Notes: generated by a model from the sequence alone, not told the origin. Shown: positions 20,386 through 31,649, counted from the first letter of the stretch. The stretch: 64,000 nt of DNA from Candidatus Nomurabacteria bacterium (GCA_026396065.1 JAPLXO010000006.1:1525-65524), one strand, 5' to 3'. Numbers and translations: made by a program.

Positions 20386-20793
20386 TTATGTGCCCTTAAC
20401 CTGTGGAATAACATACTCAATACCAAATGTATTTGCGAATATTGAAACGATACCCCAAATCGATACCATCACAGTGAGAGCAATCAATCCCCACATCATA
20501 AATTGCCTTCCCTCTTCACGCTTCTTTTCTTCATCTGAATTCATTAAATATTTAAGTACACCCCACACAAATGAAGCTACGGCCAAAGACATGACCAGAG
20601 GAATTATTGAAGAAATAATATTACAAGTCACAAAGTTTAAAAGATTTGCTACTTTTGGATGTGCAGTCAAAGTACAATTGCCTAATACGCCATGACCTAC
20701 TCCAGGATCTGGTGCTTGAGCTAAGGAAATCACTGGTATAACTGTGATAGCCAATACTGCTATAGAAAATATTATATGTTGTATTTTTGTCAT
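20386..20793 (-). CDS. TrbC/VirB2-like pilin family protein
   Basis: Paralog; loop NSDEEKKREEGRQFM between two helices. Confidence 0.55.
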   Translation of the reverse strand: MTKIQHIIFSIAVLAITVIPVISLAQAPDPGVGHGVLGNCTLTAHPKVANLLNFVTCNIISSIIPLVMSLAVASFVWGVLKYLMNSDEEKKREEGRQFMMWGLIALTVMVSIWGIVSIFANTFGIEYVIPQVKGT

Positions 20794-20809
20794 TTAATTT
20801 AAAATTATT

Positions 20810-21196
20810 TTATAATGCTAATACTGTCTCAGATATAACTTGCGCGAGTGCCCATGCACCTAGCAATATAGCTGCTCCGATAATTGTATACATAAAAGCA
20901 TCTTTTGCTTTTTTTAACTTTTCACTATTACCACTAGCTGATACAAAAAGAAAACCAGAATAAACTATTGCCAGAACAATAACTGGTATCCCGATTTTTA
21001 TTACTCCTACCAATATTGTTCTCAAAAATGCATCGAGGGTAGATGTAGAAATAGGATTACAGACTTTACCTGGTTCACAATTTGCTGGTGGATCTACAGC
21101 AAAAGTAAAAATTGGAAGTAAGAAAGAAAAAATTGATAAAGCTATTTTTGAAAAGTTTTTCTTAAAATTTATATTTAACATAGTCATATTATACAT
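20810..21196 (-). CDS. TrbC/VirB2-like pilin family protein
   Basis: Paralog; helix-SASGNSEKLKKAKDAFM-helix. Confidence 0.5.
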   Translation of the reverse strand: MYNMTMLNINFKKNFSKIALSIFSFLLPIFTFAVDPPANCEPGKVCNPISTSTLDAFLRTILVGVIKIGIPVIVLAIVYSGFLFVSASGNSEKLKKAKDAFMYTIIGAAILLGAWALAQVISETVLAL

Positions 21197-21200
21197 TATA

Positions 21201-22562
21201 TTAAAATCCTATCCAAGAACCATCATATCCCAATGTGGTTAATATTACATTAATAATGAGCCAAGCTCCCACAGCAAAGACAATACCTTTTATGACACTC
21301 ATTAAAACTTTTTTAGCTTTCGTTCTAGTATTTGCCTCGCCTCCACTAGTAATAAAAAGGAAACCGGAATAAGCAAACATCATAGCTGCTATTGGTATAA
21401 GCAGAATAAAAAGAATATAACGAACAACTTTATTTATTAAAGCCATAAGATCATTGAAGCCACAAGGATTTGTGACTTGTGAACCTACATTTACTCCGTT
21501 AATTTTTGTATCTTTTGGATATTGCTTTGTACCGCAAGGTACAAGACCACTGAAGCTGATACCGGATCCGCCTCCAGAACCGACATTACCTCCGTCACCA
21601 CCACCACCGCCTCCTCCTACTACTATTGGGTCTGTCATTAATGTCGTAAAAGAAATAGGTGCTACGGCATTTTCACCACCACCGTCAATAACATATCCTT
21701 TATAATTTCCTCCAGGTGTCAACCCAGAAAAACCAGCTTCTGCATTTCCATTAGAATCTGAAGTGACTCCACTTTGATTTTGATAATATGATGCTGTACC
21801 AGTATCACTATAAACACTAAATCCGTATTGTGAATTAGGAGTGAGTGCTGTTCCACTCAAAGTAACCAATGTAGATGTATAATCAGCACCTCCAACCCCA
21901 GTAGTAGTAGGACCTCCGGTAGGTACTGGAGGTGGATTCCCTCCACCAGATGAATTTATGGTGTAAGTGAAAGAAGCAACAGCAGAAGCTACTCCATGGG
22001 GATCACAAGCTATAGCTTTTATTGTTTTTGTAGTTGTAATTTGAAATGGATTTGTAGTGGAACCAAGAGAACAAGTAGGAGTAGACGCATCATCTACGTA
22101 CCTAAAAGATGATCCACTCGTAATACTAGAAAGAGTCACAGATTGAGTTGAAGTAAATGGACCAGCAAGAGGAGAAGGTGTTGCAGTAGGAGCAGAAGGT
22201 AATAAAGTTGTAATATCTAAAGTCGCAACAGTACCGTCAACTAAGTGTATTACTGATGCTGTATAGCTACCACCAGGAACAAGGCCAGAGAAAGGAGTAG
22301 ATGTTACAGCTGTACCTATATTATTTGAAGTTACTGATTGATTATTTGTATATGCTACAGTACCGGAATCAGAAACAAGCTTAATAGTATATTGTGTACT
22401 GACTTCTAAACCTGAAGCACTCAATGTAACGGATGTAGTTGTTATATTTAAAGTTGTAATAATTGCATCAGCAAAAACATTGTTTGCAAAACTAAAAGAA
22501 AAGAGAAATAAAAATACTATCGAAGTGAATTTCATAATAAAGTTTTGTTTTAATATTTTCAT
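21201..22562 (-). CDS. large surface protein with C-terminal VirB2-like pilin module
   Basis: 453 aa: signal peptide, Thr/Ser-rich beta-repeat region, Gly-rich linker (GGGGGGGDGG), C-terminal two-helix pilin module like its neighbours. Confidence 0.5.
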   Translation of the reverse strand: MKILKQNFIMKFTSIVFLFLFSFSFANNVFADAIITTLNITTTSVTLSASGLEVSTQYTIKLVSDSGTVAYTNNQSVTSNNIGTAVTSTPFSGLVPGGSYTASVIHLVDGTVATLDITTLLPSAPTATPSPLAGPFTSTQSVTLSSITSGSSFRYVDDASTPTCSLGSTTNPFQITTTKTIKAIACDPHGVASAVASFTYTINSSGGGNPPPVPTGGPTTTGVGGADYTSTLVTLSGTALTPNSQYGFSVYSDTGTASYYQNQSGVTSDSNGNAEAGFSGLTPGGNYKGYVIDGGGENAVAPISFTTLMTDPIVVGGGGGGGDGGNVGSGGGSGISFSGLVPCGTKQYPKDTKINGVNVGSQVTNPCGFNDLMALINKVVRYILFILLIPIAAMMFAYSGFLFITSGGEANTRTKAKKVLMSVIKGIVFAVGAWLIINVILTTLGYDGSWIGF

Positions 22563-22567
22563 AAATT

Positions 22568-23860
22568 TTATTTCTGTAGAAGAAGCCCAAGCTTAGATGA
22601 GGCATCCCCTATAGACTGATTAGATGATAAATTATTCGACAAAACATTTTCTACCATTTTTTGAAAAATAGTATTTGTCTCAGATGGTGAAGGGTCAACC
22701 CAGCTTTTCGCATATAAAGCAGAATTGTAAAAAACGGGTGCAAAAGAATTTGTAGGTTTACTTGCAAGTAAATCTCGTCTAGCTGGTGCTATGGAAAGAC
22801 TATTTGCAAACTCTTTAGCAAAATCACTAGTAGCTAAAATATTTGCAACACTAAATGCTAATGGTGCATTTTTTGTATAAGCGGAAATAGCTATAGCTTT
22901 TGTGTGCCCAAAAGTAAGTTTGAAATTTGAACTTTTAATTTGAGGAATAGCACTAACTGCAAAATTTTGATTTGGATTTTTAGCAGACAATGATGCTAGC
23001 TCGCTAGCATATCCAAAATAAAATGCTAAATTATCAGAACTAAAATAATTACGAGAATTTGGTAGAGATGCATTCCAAGAATAAAAACTATTAATTGGGT
23101 TAGAAAAGTTTGTGTAGAAATTTAAAGTCTCTTCTAAATTTCCAAAGGATAACTCACTCAAGGTTGAATAGAAGGCTTCGTTTTTTCTTAAAACAATAGG
23201 ATTTCCTGCTTGCATAAAAATGGTAGCTAGAATATCTTTCGCATGTTCTATATTGGCAAATTGTCCTAATGCAATAGTACTTTTTATTATATTTCCAGAA
23301 GAATCTTTTTTTGTTAAAGTAGGAACAAGATTACTAAGATCATCCCAATAAACTGGTGGATTTGGTATATTATTAGCATCTAAAATATTGCGATTATAAT
23401 ACATGACCATAGGGTCTATCGTTAATGGTAATGCTAGTATTCCATTATTATTTAAATATATTTCACCAGATTGTGCAAAAGTACTATTGAAAGATGAAGC
23501 CGGAAAACTAATGTAAGGTATTGGCATTATTTTGTTTTTATAATGAAAAATTAGATTATCTGGCAAAATAAACATGTCAGGGCCAGCGCTAGCAGCCAAA
23601 GCTTCTAATAATTCTTGATCAAAAGTTGTAGGATCTTTTTGTATATACTTAATAACTATGTTTGGATTATTCATAGCATAATAATTCAAAGCACTAGTTA
23701 AAACCTCTGTGGTTTCCGTACCCCACAAAACAACAGTACCTTTTAGCACAGCTTTATCTTTATTACCAATAGGTATCATTCCGGAAAAAACCAAAACACC
23801 GAAAACAGCTCCTGCAATAAATATTATTAAAACTATAAGTTGAAAATTGTTACCTTTCAT
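22568..23860 (-). CDS. extracellular solute-binding protein-like (ABC SBP family 1-like), membrane anchored
   Basis: N-terminal TM then VVLWGTE...NYYAMNNPNIVIKY...GPDMFILPDN, resembling sugar SBPs; weak. Confidence 0.4.
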   Translation of the reverse strand: MKGNNFQLIVLIIFIAGAVFGVLVFSGMIPIGNKDKAVLKGTVVLWGTETTEVLTSALNYYAMNNPNIVIKYIQKDPTTFDQELLEALAASAGPDMFILPDNLIFHYKNKIMPIPYISFPASSFNSTFAQSGEIYLNNNGILALPLTIDPMVMYYNRNILDANNIPNPPVYWDDLSNLVPTLTKKDSSGNIIKSTIALGQFANIEHAKDILATIFMQAGNPIVLRKNEAFYSTLSELSFGNLEETLNFYTNFSNPINSFYSWNASLPNSRNYFSSDNLAFYFGYASELASLSAKNPNQNFAVSAIPQIKSSNFKLTFGHTKAIAISAYTKNAPLAFSVANILATSDFAKEFANSLSIAPARRDLLASKPTNSFAPVFYNSALYAKSWVDPSPSETNTIFQKMVENVLSNNLSSNQSIGDASSKLGLLLQK

Positions 23861-23861
23861 A

Positions 23862-24386
23862 TTATTTCTTTCTAAATATCATACCATAATGATGTTCACC
23901 AGCGGAAATTTCTTTATCTAACATAAACAACTCTTCTGTAAAATGTTTGTGTGCATCTGGTTTAAGAAAAAGCATTTCAGATTTTGGACTAAAAGGAGAA
24001 GGAGTTTCAGACCAATCAATAAAAAGCACTCGCCCACCGGATTTTAAAATCCGGTGGGCTTCTTTTATGACTTTCTTTTTATTTTGTGCCATAAATAAAA
24101 CATTTGATAGTATTACAACATCTACAATATTTTCTGCAATATTAGTGCCTCCTATTTTTTCAATATCACCCCAAATAGTTTCTATATTATTAAGATTATC
24201 ACTTTCCGAATTAATTTTAATTGTAGTTAAAAAATCTTTCTGAATATCAATAGCATACACCTTACCATTTGGTACCATTTTTCCGGCATGAATAGAATAA
24301 AAACCACTCCCAGCTCCAAGATCGGCAACGATCATAGAATCAGCTAAGCCAAAGTTTTGTAAGATTTTAACTGGATCAGGAAACAT
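23862..24386 (-). CDS. class I SAM-dependent methyltransferase
   Basis: Motif I VADLGAGSGFYS, motif post-I, RVLFIDW. Confidence 0.7.
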   Translation of the reverse strand: MFPDPVKILQNFGLADSMIVADLGAGSGFYSIHAGKMVPNGKVYAIDIQKDFLTTIKINSESDNLNNIETIWGDIEKIGGTNIAENIVDVVILSNVLFMAQNKKKVIKEAHRILKSGGRVLFIDWSETPSPFSPKSEMLFLKPDAHKHFTEELFMLDKEISAGEHHYGMIFRKK

Positions 24387-24410
24387 CTATTTATTATACC
24401 ATTTTAAAAC

Positions 24411-24890
24411 TTAAACAACAGGTTTATAGCTTTTCCCAATAAACCTCCAGGATAGTTTTATACTAAATTCAGGAAATTGTTTTAGAACCCAATTTAAATA
24501 GGTATTACTATTTGGACCTCGCAGAGAATATGTTTGAGTATATGGATATAACTCTTTTGATTTCTCAATAAGTTCTAGACATTTCTGTGCAGGAGAATTT
24601 TCATCCCCTTCTAGAAATCCAAGTAAGTCTGAATCCCAATGTTTTTTTGAAAACGAAAACATTTTTACTCCTTGATATGGAGGTAATGCATTTAAATGTA
24701 AGTACCCGAAACATTTTTCAGGGCAACAATTTTTTTTATGAACGACTTCGTAACGCGAAATATTTCCTTTTTTATTTAATACAAACCACGGATGTCGAGC
24801 AAAGTTAAACGGAAAATAAGCAGGACAAGCAAAAACAAAAACCTGATATTTATCTTCTTTGATTAGTTTTTTAAATTCGTCTTGAGACAT
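24411..24890 (-). CDS. hypothetical protein
   Basis: 159 aa, Cys-rich (CCPEKC). Confidence 0.35.
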   Translation of the reverse strand: MSQDEFKKLIKEDKYQVFVFACPAYFPFNFARHPWFVLNKKGNISRYEVVHKKNCCPEKCFGYLHLNALPPYQGVKMFSFSKKHWDSDLLGFLEGDENSPAQKCLELIEKSKELYPYTQTYSLRGPNSNTYLNWVLKQFPEFSIKLSWRFIGKSYKPVV

Positions 24891-24897
24891 ATTAATT

Positions 24898-25830
24898 TTA
24901 AGATAATTTAGCTAAAGCATCCTTTAGGGTTGGAAGTAGGGCTTCCACATTTCCTTTTACATGTTCTTTATTTCTAAAAAATATTTTTCTTATTAAAACA
25001 GTTACTAAATATTTGATGACTATTGGGTCATTAGCCAATTCACCATAACCCTTTTTAAAAGCTTCTTGCTCTCTGGGATGTTGATGCGCTAAGCTTATAG
25101 CTATATCATATCGTGGATCACCAGCCATTAATGCCCCTAAATCAATAAGTCCTGAGATTTCAGTACCTTTTACAAAAAAATGTCCTCTGTGCATATCATG
25201 ATGCAATAGTGATGTCTCGTTCCCAATATTTAATAAACTAATTTCTTCATATGCTTTTTTAACTTTTTCAATATCTTCTCCTATTATATAATTCTTTTCT
25301 ACTGCAAAATCAAAAACTTTTTTACTATATTCTCCACGTGATTCATCGTATTCTTTATATGTTGAAAATTTACCAGCCAATTCTCCGTCCTCTACCTTTA
25401 AAGGACCATATCCTTTTAACTTAGTTTCATGGATTTTTTTTAACAACTTTCCTACATTTTCATAAACAATATCTTTTTCTTCTGGAGATAGCTTTAATTC
25501 AGGAATAATATTGCCTAGGGCCGAAGACATGATCATTGTCGGAAATCCTATTGATGGGGGATTTTCTTTATAAGCAATTATTTTTGGTACTGGTATTCCC
25601 TGCTCTTCAAATCTTTTATATCCGAGTAACTCTACTTCAAAAACCCTAGGGTCTTTGTTCATTCTTATGAAAACATTTTTATTTTCAAGATCTCCTTTAT
25701 AAACTTGATTAGAATATCCTTTTGTTATTTTTTCTGTATTTATAATTTCAAAACCAAAGTCATTTTTGATGGCCTTTTCTAATTCTTTACCTTCCAAGCT
25801 AGAAATATTATGATTATGTTTTTCAAACAT
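24898..25830 (-). CDS. phosphotransferase (APH/choline-kinase-like) family protein
   Basis: Brenner-type motif LLHHDMHRGHFFV and IDLGALMAGDPRYDIA. Confidence 0.55.
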   Translation of the reverse strand: MFEKHNHNISSLEGKELEKAIKNDFGFEIINTEKITKGYSNQVYKGDLENKNVFIRMNKDPRVFEVELLGYKRFEEQGIPVPKIIAYKENPPSIGFPTMIMSSALGNIIPELKLSPEEKDIVYENVGKLLKKIHETKLKGYGPLKVEDGELAGKFSTYKEYDESRGEYSKKVFDFAVEKNYIIGEDIEKVKKAYEEISLLNIGNETSLLHHDMHRGHFFVKGTEISGLIDLGALMAGDPRYDIAISLAHQHPREQEAFKKGYGELANDPIVIKYLVTVLIRKIFFRNKEHVKGNVEALLPTLKDALAKLS

Positions 25831-25848
25831 ATAATTTTCTCGAAACTT

Positions 25849-28317
25849 TTACGCGCAAGTAAGTGATGCAATACCATCGCCAGCGCGGAGGCGCATAATT
25901 GTGACACCTTGTGTTTGACGGCCGAGAGATGGAATATCTTTTAGAGCTGTGCGGATCACTTGACCCTTCTTTGACATAGCGATCAATTCTTCTTCCTCGC
26001 CAGTGATAACTTTTGCCACGATGAGCTTGCCAGTTTTTGGAGTCACTTTTGCAGTCTTAATTCCAGAGCCACCGCGATTTTGAACTTTATATTCTTTAAG
26101 TGAAGTTTTCTTACCGAGACCGTTTGCAGACATCGTGAGGAAAAATCCTTCAGATCCACCTTTTGCTTTTTTAATAACGTCGACACCTATAATAGTATCT
26201 CCTTTGCCAAGTTTCATTCCGCGCACACCTCCTGCAGTGCGACCCATTTCACGAATGTCGGATTCTTTAAATCTGATTGATTGACCTTCACTTGTAGCGA
26301 GCATGACTTCATCACCTTTTTCTACTATCAATGCTGACGCGAGTTCATCCCCTTTATCTAAACGAATAGCAATGAGTCCACTTCGGCGAACATCTTTAAA
26401 TGCTTCACCGGCCATTTTCTTTGTAGTGCCATCTTTTGTAATAAGCATTAATGAAATTGGATTCTTTTTCATTTCTTTCGGCATTGGTAAAATTGAAGTA
26501 ACTTTTTCTTCACCAGCTAGTGATAAGAAATTCATAATTGATTTTCCTTTTGTCGCACGACGGCCTTCAGGAATGTCATACATTTTTATTTGGTAAGCTT
26601 TTCCGAGATTTGTGAAGAACAATAAATCACTATGTGTAGAACCAGATACGAGCATTGTCACGAAATCTTCTTCTTTTGTTTCAAGGTCGACGACACCGAC
26701 ACCTCCACGCTTTTGTGATTTGTATTCACCTGGGTCAGTACGTTTTACATATCCGCCTGCAGTGAAAACGAGCATTGTTTCTTTTTCTGGAACGAGGTCT
26801 TCTTCGGAAATTTCTTTTACTCCGCCTTTTACTATTTTTGTTCGGCGTTCATCAGCATATTTCTCACGAATTTCTTTTAATTCATCAGATATAACTTTCA
26901 ACATTTTCTTTGGACTTGCAAGCAATTCTTTTATTGCTTTAATGAAATTTTGTTTCTCTTTCAATTCTTCTTCAATAAGTTTTCTTTCGAGACCTGCGAG
27001 CTTTTGTAATTTCATTTCCAAAATTGCTTGCGCCTGTAAATCAGAGAATTTAAATTCTTTCATCAATGCAAGCTTCGCAGTAGCTCCATCTTTTGATGCA
27101 CGAATAGTCTTGATAACTTTATCAATAAAGTCCAAAGCTTTTTTCAAACCGAGCAAAATATGCTCGCGTTCTTCAGCTTTTCGTAAATCATATAAAGACC
27201 TTCTTTTTACTACTTCTTTTCGGTGTTTTATGAATTCTGAAAGAATTGAAGTAAGTGACAAAGTTTGTGGAACACCATCTACAAGTGCAACCATATTGAA
27301 ATTAAAATTTTGTTCGAGTTGAGTATTTTTATAAATATAATTTAAAACTTTTTCTGGATATGCACCAGATTTTAAATCGATAACTACACGAATATCTTTT
27401 GTGGATTCATCACGAAGACCTTTTATACCTTCTAGTTTTTTCTCTTGCACGAGTTCAGCAATAGCCATTATCAAATTTGATTTATTTACACGGAAAGGAA
27501 TTGATGTAATTATAATTTGGAAAAGTCCACCTTTCATTTCGACAATTTCAGCTTCGCCACGACAAACGACTCCACCTCTACCTGTAGAATATGCATGAAG
27601 CATATCTTTATTTCCGAAAGCTATTCCGCCTGTTGGGAAATCGGGACCTTTTATGAATTGCATGAGGTCTTCTGTTGTTGCATCTTCATTTTCTGTGAGG
27701 TGAATTGTCGCGTCCAAAACTTCTGCGAGATTATGAGAAGGAATATTTGTCGCCATACCTACAGCAATACCAAGAGTTCCATTTAAGAGAAGTGCTGGCA
27801 CAGCGGATGGCAGAACGATTGGTTCTTTTCTTGTCTGATCGTAGTTTGGACGATAATCAACTGTTTCTTTTTCTAAATCACGAAGAAGTTCATTTGAGAT
27901 TTTAGACATTTTTGCTTCTGTATAACGCATAGCAGCAGCGTTGTCACCATCAATAGAACCAAAGTTTCCTTGACCAATAACTAACGGATAACGATAAGAA
28001 AATTCTTGCGCCATATTTACCATTGCATCATATACAGAAATATCTCCGTGTGGGTGATATTTCCCGAGCACATCTCCCACTACTGCAGCGGACTTTCTAA
28101 AACGCGCAGAAGAAGTGAGACCCATTTCATTCATAGCAAATAAAATACGACGGTGAACTGGTTTTAATCCATCACGCACATCTGGAAGTGCACGAGAAGT
28201 GATCACAGACATAGCATAAGCGAGATATGATTCTTTCATTTCCGCGACAATATTTATAGGAATTATACTTTCCCTTTTTGGTGCCTCACTTTCAACTGAA
28301 ATACTTTTTTTAGCCAT
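25849..28317 (-). CDS. gyrA: DNA gyrase subunit A
   Basis: [26 protein letters not shown] active-site region; C-terminal beta-pinwheel repeats; 822 aa. Confidence 0.9.
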   Translation of the reverse strand: MAKKSISVESEAPKRESIIPINIVAEMKESYLAYAMSVITSRALPDVRDGLKPVHRRILFAMNEMGLTSSARFRKSAAVVGDVLGKYHPHGDISVYDAMVNMAQEFSYRYPLVIGQGNFGSIDGDNAAAMRYTEAKMSKISNELLRDLEKETVDYRPNYDQTRKEPIVLPSAVPALLLNGTLGIAVGMATNIPSHNLAEVLDATIHLTENEDATTEDLMQFIKGPDFPTGGIAFGNKDMLHAYSTGRGGVVCRGEAEIVEMKGGLFQIIITSIPFRVNKSNLIMAIAELVQEKKLEGIKGLRDESTKDIRVVIDLKSGAYPEKVLNYIYKNTQLEQNFNFNMVALVDGVPQTLSLTSILSEFIKHRKEVVKRRSLYDLRKAEEREHILLGLKKALDFIDKVIKTIRASKDGATAKLALMKEFKFSDLQAQAILEMKLQKLAGLERKLIEEELKEKQNFIKAIKELLASPKKMLKVISDELKEIREKYADERRTKIVKGGVKEISEEDLVPEKETMLVFTAGGYVKRTDPGEYKSQKRGGVGVVDLETKEEDFVTMLVSGSTHSDLLFFTNLGKAYQIKMYDIPEGRRATKGKSIMNFLSLAGEEKVTSILPMPKEMKKNPISLMLITKDGTTKKMAGEAFKDVRRSGLIAIRLDKGDELASALIVEKGDEVMLATSEGQSIRFKESDIREMGRTAGGVRGMKLGKGDTIIGVDVIKKAKGGSEGFFLTMSANGLGKKTSLKEYKVQNRGGSGIKTAKVTPKTGKLIVAKVITGEEEELIAMSKKGQVIRTALKDIPSLGRQTQGVTIMRLRAGDGIASLTCA

Positions 28318-28326
28318 ATAATTGGA

Positions 28327-28587
28327 TTATCTTACCACATCAGAAGATGGATTGGAAATACTTTTATATCCATCAACCATATTATCTTTTAAAACTGAAA
28401 ATGGTTGTAAACTTTTTTTAACAGAAATAGTAGTTTCTTCTTTTCCTAATCTTTGACCTAAACTACGAGCCCAAACTAAAACTAAAATAATAGTACATGC
28501 AATTATTGTGATACTTAAAATTTGCTCTCTAACCTCTTTTGGCTGTTGTCTTAATTTATGTACTGTTTTATGTATATGTTTAATCAT
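28327..28587 (-). CDS. small hypothetical membrane protein
   Basis: 86 aa, one TM. Confidence 0.3.
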   Translation of the reverse strand: MIKHIHKTVHKLRQQPKEVREQILSITIIACTIILVLVWARSLGQRLGKEETTISVKKSLQPFSVLKDNMVDGYKSISNPSSDVVR

Positions 28588-28598
28588 TTATTTTAAAA

Positions 28599-29225
28599 TT
28601 AATTAGCTTCTAAAATAACTACTTCGCCTTCTTTACCTTCTAAATCTTTTCTCTTTAATGTGAGCTTGTCTTCAGGTTTTTTATTTTCATCTCCAGCTTC
28701 TTTCAAGAATATTTTTAAAGAGTCTTTATCATAGTCCATCGGAATAATTAATTTTGGTTCTAGAGATGCTGCGAGTTTTGCTGCTGATTTTGGATCAAGC
28801 ATGTCTTTACCACCAACAGGAATAAAAAGAACATCTGGTTCATTTATAGCTTCACGAGCTTCTTTGGAAATATCAGCATTACTGAGTGCCCCGAGAAAAA
28901 CTATATTGATACCATCAATAGCCAAAGAATAAATCGTATTAATAAATTTTTTTCCAGCGATTTCAGATTCAGACATTGACCCTTTCACAAAAATTTCTTT
29001 GACTTCATAATCCCCCGGACCAGAAATAACAAATGGCTCACGCTCTCCGTGTGAAAGCTGAGCAATGCCGTTATAGTCGGGATGATTTGTCGTCACGAGT
29101 GCAATATCAGAGCCAAATTTTCCACTATTGAAAAACTTAGAATCTTTGCTGATAGGATTAAAGGCAACAGTCAAATCCCCTTGGCTTATCTTGAAAAACT
29201 GCTTTCCGAAATATGTGATTATCAT
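28599..29225 (-). CDS. metal-dependent hydrolase-like (UPF0173/MBL-fold-like)
   Basis: MIITYFGKQFFKI...VTTNHPDYNG resembles the UPF0173 N-terminus; degenerate His motif. Confidence 0.45.
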   Translation of the reverse strand: MIITYFGKQFFKISQGDLTVAFNPISKDSKFFNSGKFGSDIALVTTNHPDYNGIAQLSHGEREPFVISGPGDYEVKEIFVKGSMSESEIAGKKFINTIYSLAIDGINIVFLGALSNADISKEAREAINEPDVLFIPVGGKDMLDPKSAAKLAASLEPKLIIPMDYDKDSLKIFLKEAGDENKKPEDKLTLKRKDLEGKEGEVVILEAN

Positions 29226-29346
29226 GATCCTAGTATAACATTTTTAAGAAAATATCCAAACAAAAAATCCACCGATTTGGTGGATTTTTTGTTTGGATAT
29301 TTTACAGACTATAAAATATTATTTTCTCTATCTCAAAAAAGGGTTT

Positions 29347-30300
29347 TTACTTGGCACTATCACAATTTACCTTAGTCCAATGGGTGGGGGTTGTCTCACC
29401 TGGCTCAACATGTGTAGTCCAAGTACAATGCCAACAATCGCCAAACATACCATCTGTATCAAAATGAGAAGGCCAGATCCATTTTTTATTATTATCATAA
29501 CCACCTGCATCTCCTTCACTTATAAGAAAACCAGTATCCATACCTAACGAGATATTTCCAGTCAGAAAGTGACCTTTCTCACCATTAATATTTGTATTCT
29601 TTATGTATTTATTTGGAACTGTAAAAATATGCCCCGGTATCTTTTTACCATTAGTACTTACCCTTCCAACAAAATTTGTAGTTTTGTCTATATTATTAAT
29701 TTTAATATATTTAGCTATTTCATTATCAGCATACTTTACATAAGAATCATATTCATCTTGCGAATTATACAATGCTGCATCAAATGGCAACTGTATCTTG
29801 GAAGCAATATCACTTAATACTTTGTTCGGTAATTTCGGATTATTAGTAAGAGCTAAAAGAAATAATATTCTAGTTACTGCTACTTTTGCTCTTGTTGTCT
29901 TTGCATCAATATTTATAGTAGGAGAAGCTAATAATTTATTTAATTCAGCTACTTTTATTTTGTCGAGATTCGGAACAGTTGCTATTATTGCTTTTACTGT
30001 CGCTTCTGTTTGTGCAATTTCAATTGCATTCATAGTATCTAAACTTACAACACCAGAAAGTAGATCTACTGTACTATTAGTGACAGTACTAAGAGTTGAT
30101 ACTTTTTTTGCTATTGTGCCATTTGACGCAGATGCTGATGTAGGTTGTACGCTATTTACGATAGAAGCTGTCTGATTTTGAGTAGATACTACAGAATTCT
30201 TTGCAGAGCCGACTAAAAATATTATTGCTAAACTTACTACTACAATACCAGCACCTATTAAATACTTTGTATTTTTATTTGAATTTATATTATCTTCCAT
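29347..30300 (-). CDS. hypothetical secreted protein
   Basis: 317 aa, N-terminal TM/signal, C-terminal Cys/Trp-rich segment. Confidence 0.4.
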   Translation of the reverse strand: MEDNINSNKNTKYLIGAGIVVVSLAIIFLVGSAKNSVVSTQNQTASIVNSVQPTSASASNGTIAKKVSTLSTVTNSTVDLLSGVVSLDTMNAIEIAQTEATVKAIIATVPNLDKIKVAELNKLLASPTINIDAKTTRAKVAVTRILFLLALTNNPKLPNKVLSDIASKIQLPFDAALYNSQDEYDSYVKYADNEIAKYIKINNIDKTTNFVGRVSTNGKKIPGHIFTVPNKYIKNTNINGEKGHFLTGNISLGMDTGFLISEGDAGGYDNNKKWIWPSHFDTDGMFGDCWHCTWTTHVEPGETTPTHWTKVNCDSAK

Positions 30301-30491
30301 AAAGTTTAATTTTTAATTAAAAAATCTATTAATAAAATAAAGTATACCCCCCGACGCCACTTGGCAAGGAAAATATAAAGATTTGGTGGGGATAACTTGC
30401 ATTTTCCCCTCTTATATAGTAGTATCAAATGTATTAAAAGCACTTTTAGGTTAACACCCGAGGGAATACCCAAGGACGCCTAAATTTTAAT

Positions 30492-30517
30492 ATCCGCTTT
30501 TTGGCGGATTTTTTTCT
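30492..30517 (+). terminator. plus-strand hairpin ATCCGC-tttttg-GCGGAT plus T-run
   Basis: Stem followed by TTTTTTT; no plus-strand CDS upstream within 190 nt (possible sRNA or leader terminator upstream of rpsA). Confidence 0.5.
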
Positions 30518-30557
30518 TACTAAGGCTTGCCTTAGTTGAAAATATATAGAATAAATT

Positions 30558-31649
30558 ATGAAAAAAACAGTAGAAAAAGAAGAAGTAATAGTAGACGATT
30601 CACCATTGAAAATAATGTTGGATAAAAGTCAGAGTTGGCCAGAAATGGACGCTCTTGTAGAAGGTCCAGTTATTTTGATTCAAAAGTCTTCAGTCTATGT
30701 GGACCTTGCCCCTTTCGGTACAGGTATCATTTATGGACGTGAATTCATGAATGCAAAAGATATCATCAAGAAAATCGCTATCGGAGATATCATTAAGGCA
30801 AAAATAGTTGAAGCTGAAAATGAAGATGGTTATATTGAATTATCTTTGAAAGAAGCAAAACAAGCTCTCATCTGGAGTGATGCTGAAAAAGCAATCAAGG
30901 GCAAAACAATAATGGATTTAGAAATCAAGGACGCAAACAAAGGCGGACTTATTTTGGAATGGCAAGGTATCGCAGGATTCCTTCCTGCTTCACAATTGAA
31001 ACCTGAACATTATCCAAGAGTTGAAGATTCTGACAAAGATAAAATCTTAAAAGAATTGAAAAAATTAGTGGGTACAAAAATCTCTGTAATGATTATTTCT
31101 ACTCTTCCAAAAGAAGGTAAATTAATTTTCTCTGAAAAAGAAAACAACACAGAGGAAAAACAAGAAATCATGAACAAGTATGAACTTGGTCAAGAACTTG
31201 AATGTACTATTGCAGGACTTGTAGACTTCGGAGTGTTCTTGAAACTCGAAGAAGGTCTAGAAGGTCTCGTACACATTTCTGAACTCGACTGGGGCCTCGT
31301 AGAAGATCCTCGTACAATGTTTAAAGTTGGAGACAAAGTAAAAGCTAAAATTATTGAAATTAAAGAAGGCAAAATTTCCCTTTCAATAAAAGCCTTAAAA
31401 GAAAATCCTTGGAAAGAATTTGAAAGTAAATTAAAGAAAGGCGATATTATAAAAGGCGTAGTTATTAAATACAATAAACACGGTGCATTGGTTTCAATCA
31501 AAGAAGGTGTTGCTGGACTCGTCCACAATTCTACATTTGGTACAGAAGCAAAACTTCGTGAAAAATTGCAACTTGGAACTACTTACAATTTCCAAATTAC
31601 TCTTTTTGAACCAAAAGATCATCGAATGACTTTGACTCACTTAGAATAA
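30558..31649 (+). CDS. rpsA: 30S ribosomal protein S1 (short form with four S1 domains)
   Basis: Repeated S1 OB-fold units (GxV.G.V.....fGaFV pattern). Confidence 0.8.
   Translation: MKKTVEKEEVIVDDSPLKIMLDKSQSWPEMDALVEGPVILIQKSSVYVDLAPFGTGIIYGREFMNAKDIIKKIAIGDIIKAKIVEAENEDGYIELSLKEAKQALIWSDAEKAIKGKTIMDLEIKDANKGGLILEWQGIAGFLPASQLKPEHYPRVEDSDKDKILKELKKLVGTKISVMIISTLPKEGKLIFSEKENNTEEKQEIMNKYELGQELECTIAGLVDFGVFLKLEEGLEGLVHISELDWGLVEDPRTMFKVGDKVKAKIIEIKEGKISLSIKALKENPWKEFESKLKKGDIIKGVVIKYNKHGALVSIKEGVAGLVHNSTFGTEAKLREKLQLGTTYNFQITLFEPKDHRMTLTHLE

Noticed and set aside
26303-27905. Plus-strand ORFs of 65-236 aa inside gyrA; likewise 9609-10097 inside clpB and 45167-46801 inside copA
   Set aside because: Antisense shadow ORFs within well-supported conserved genes
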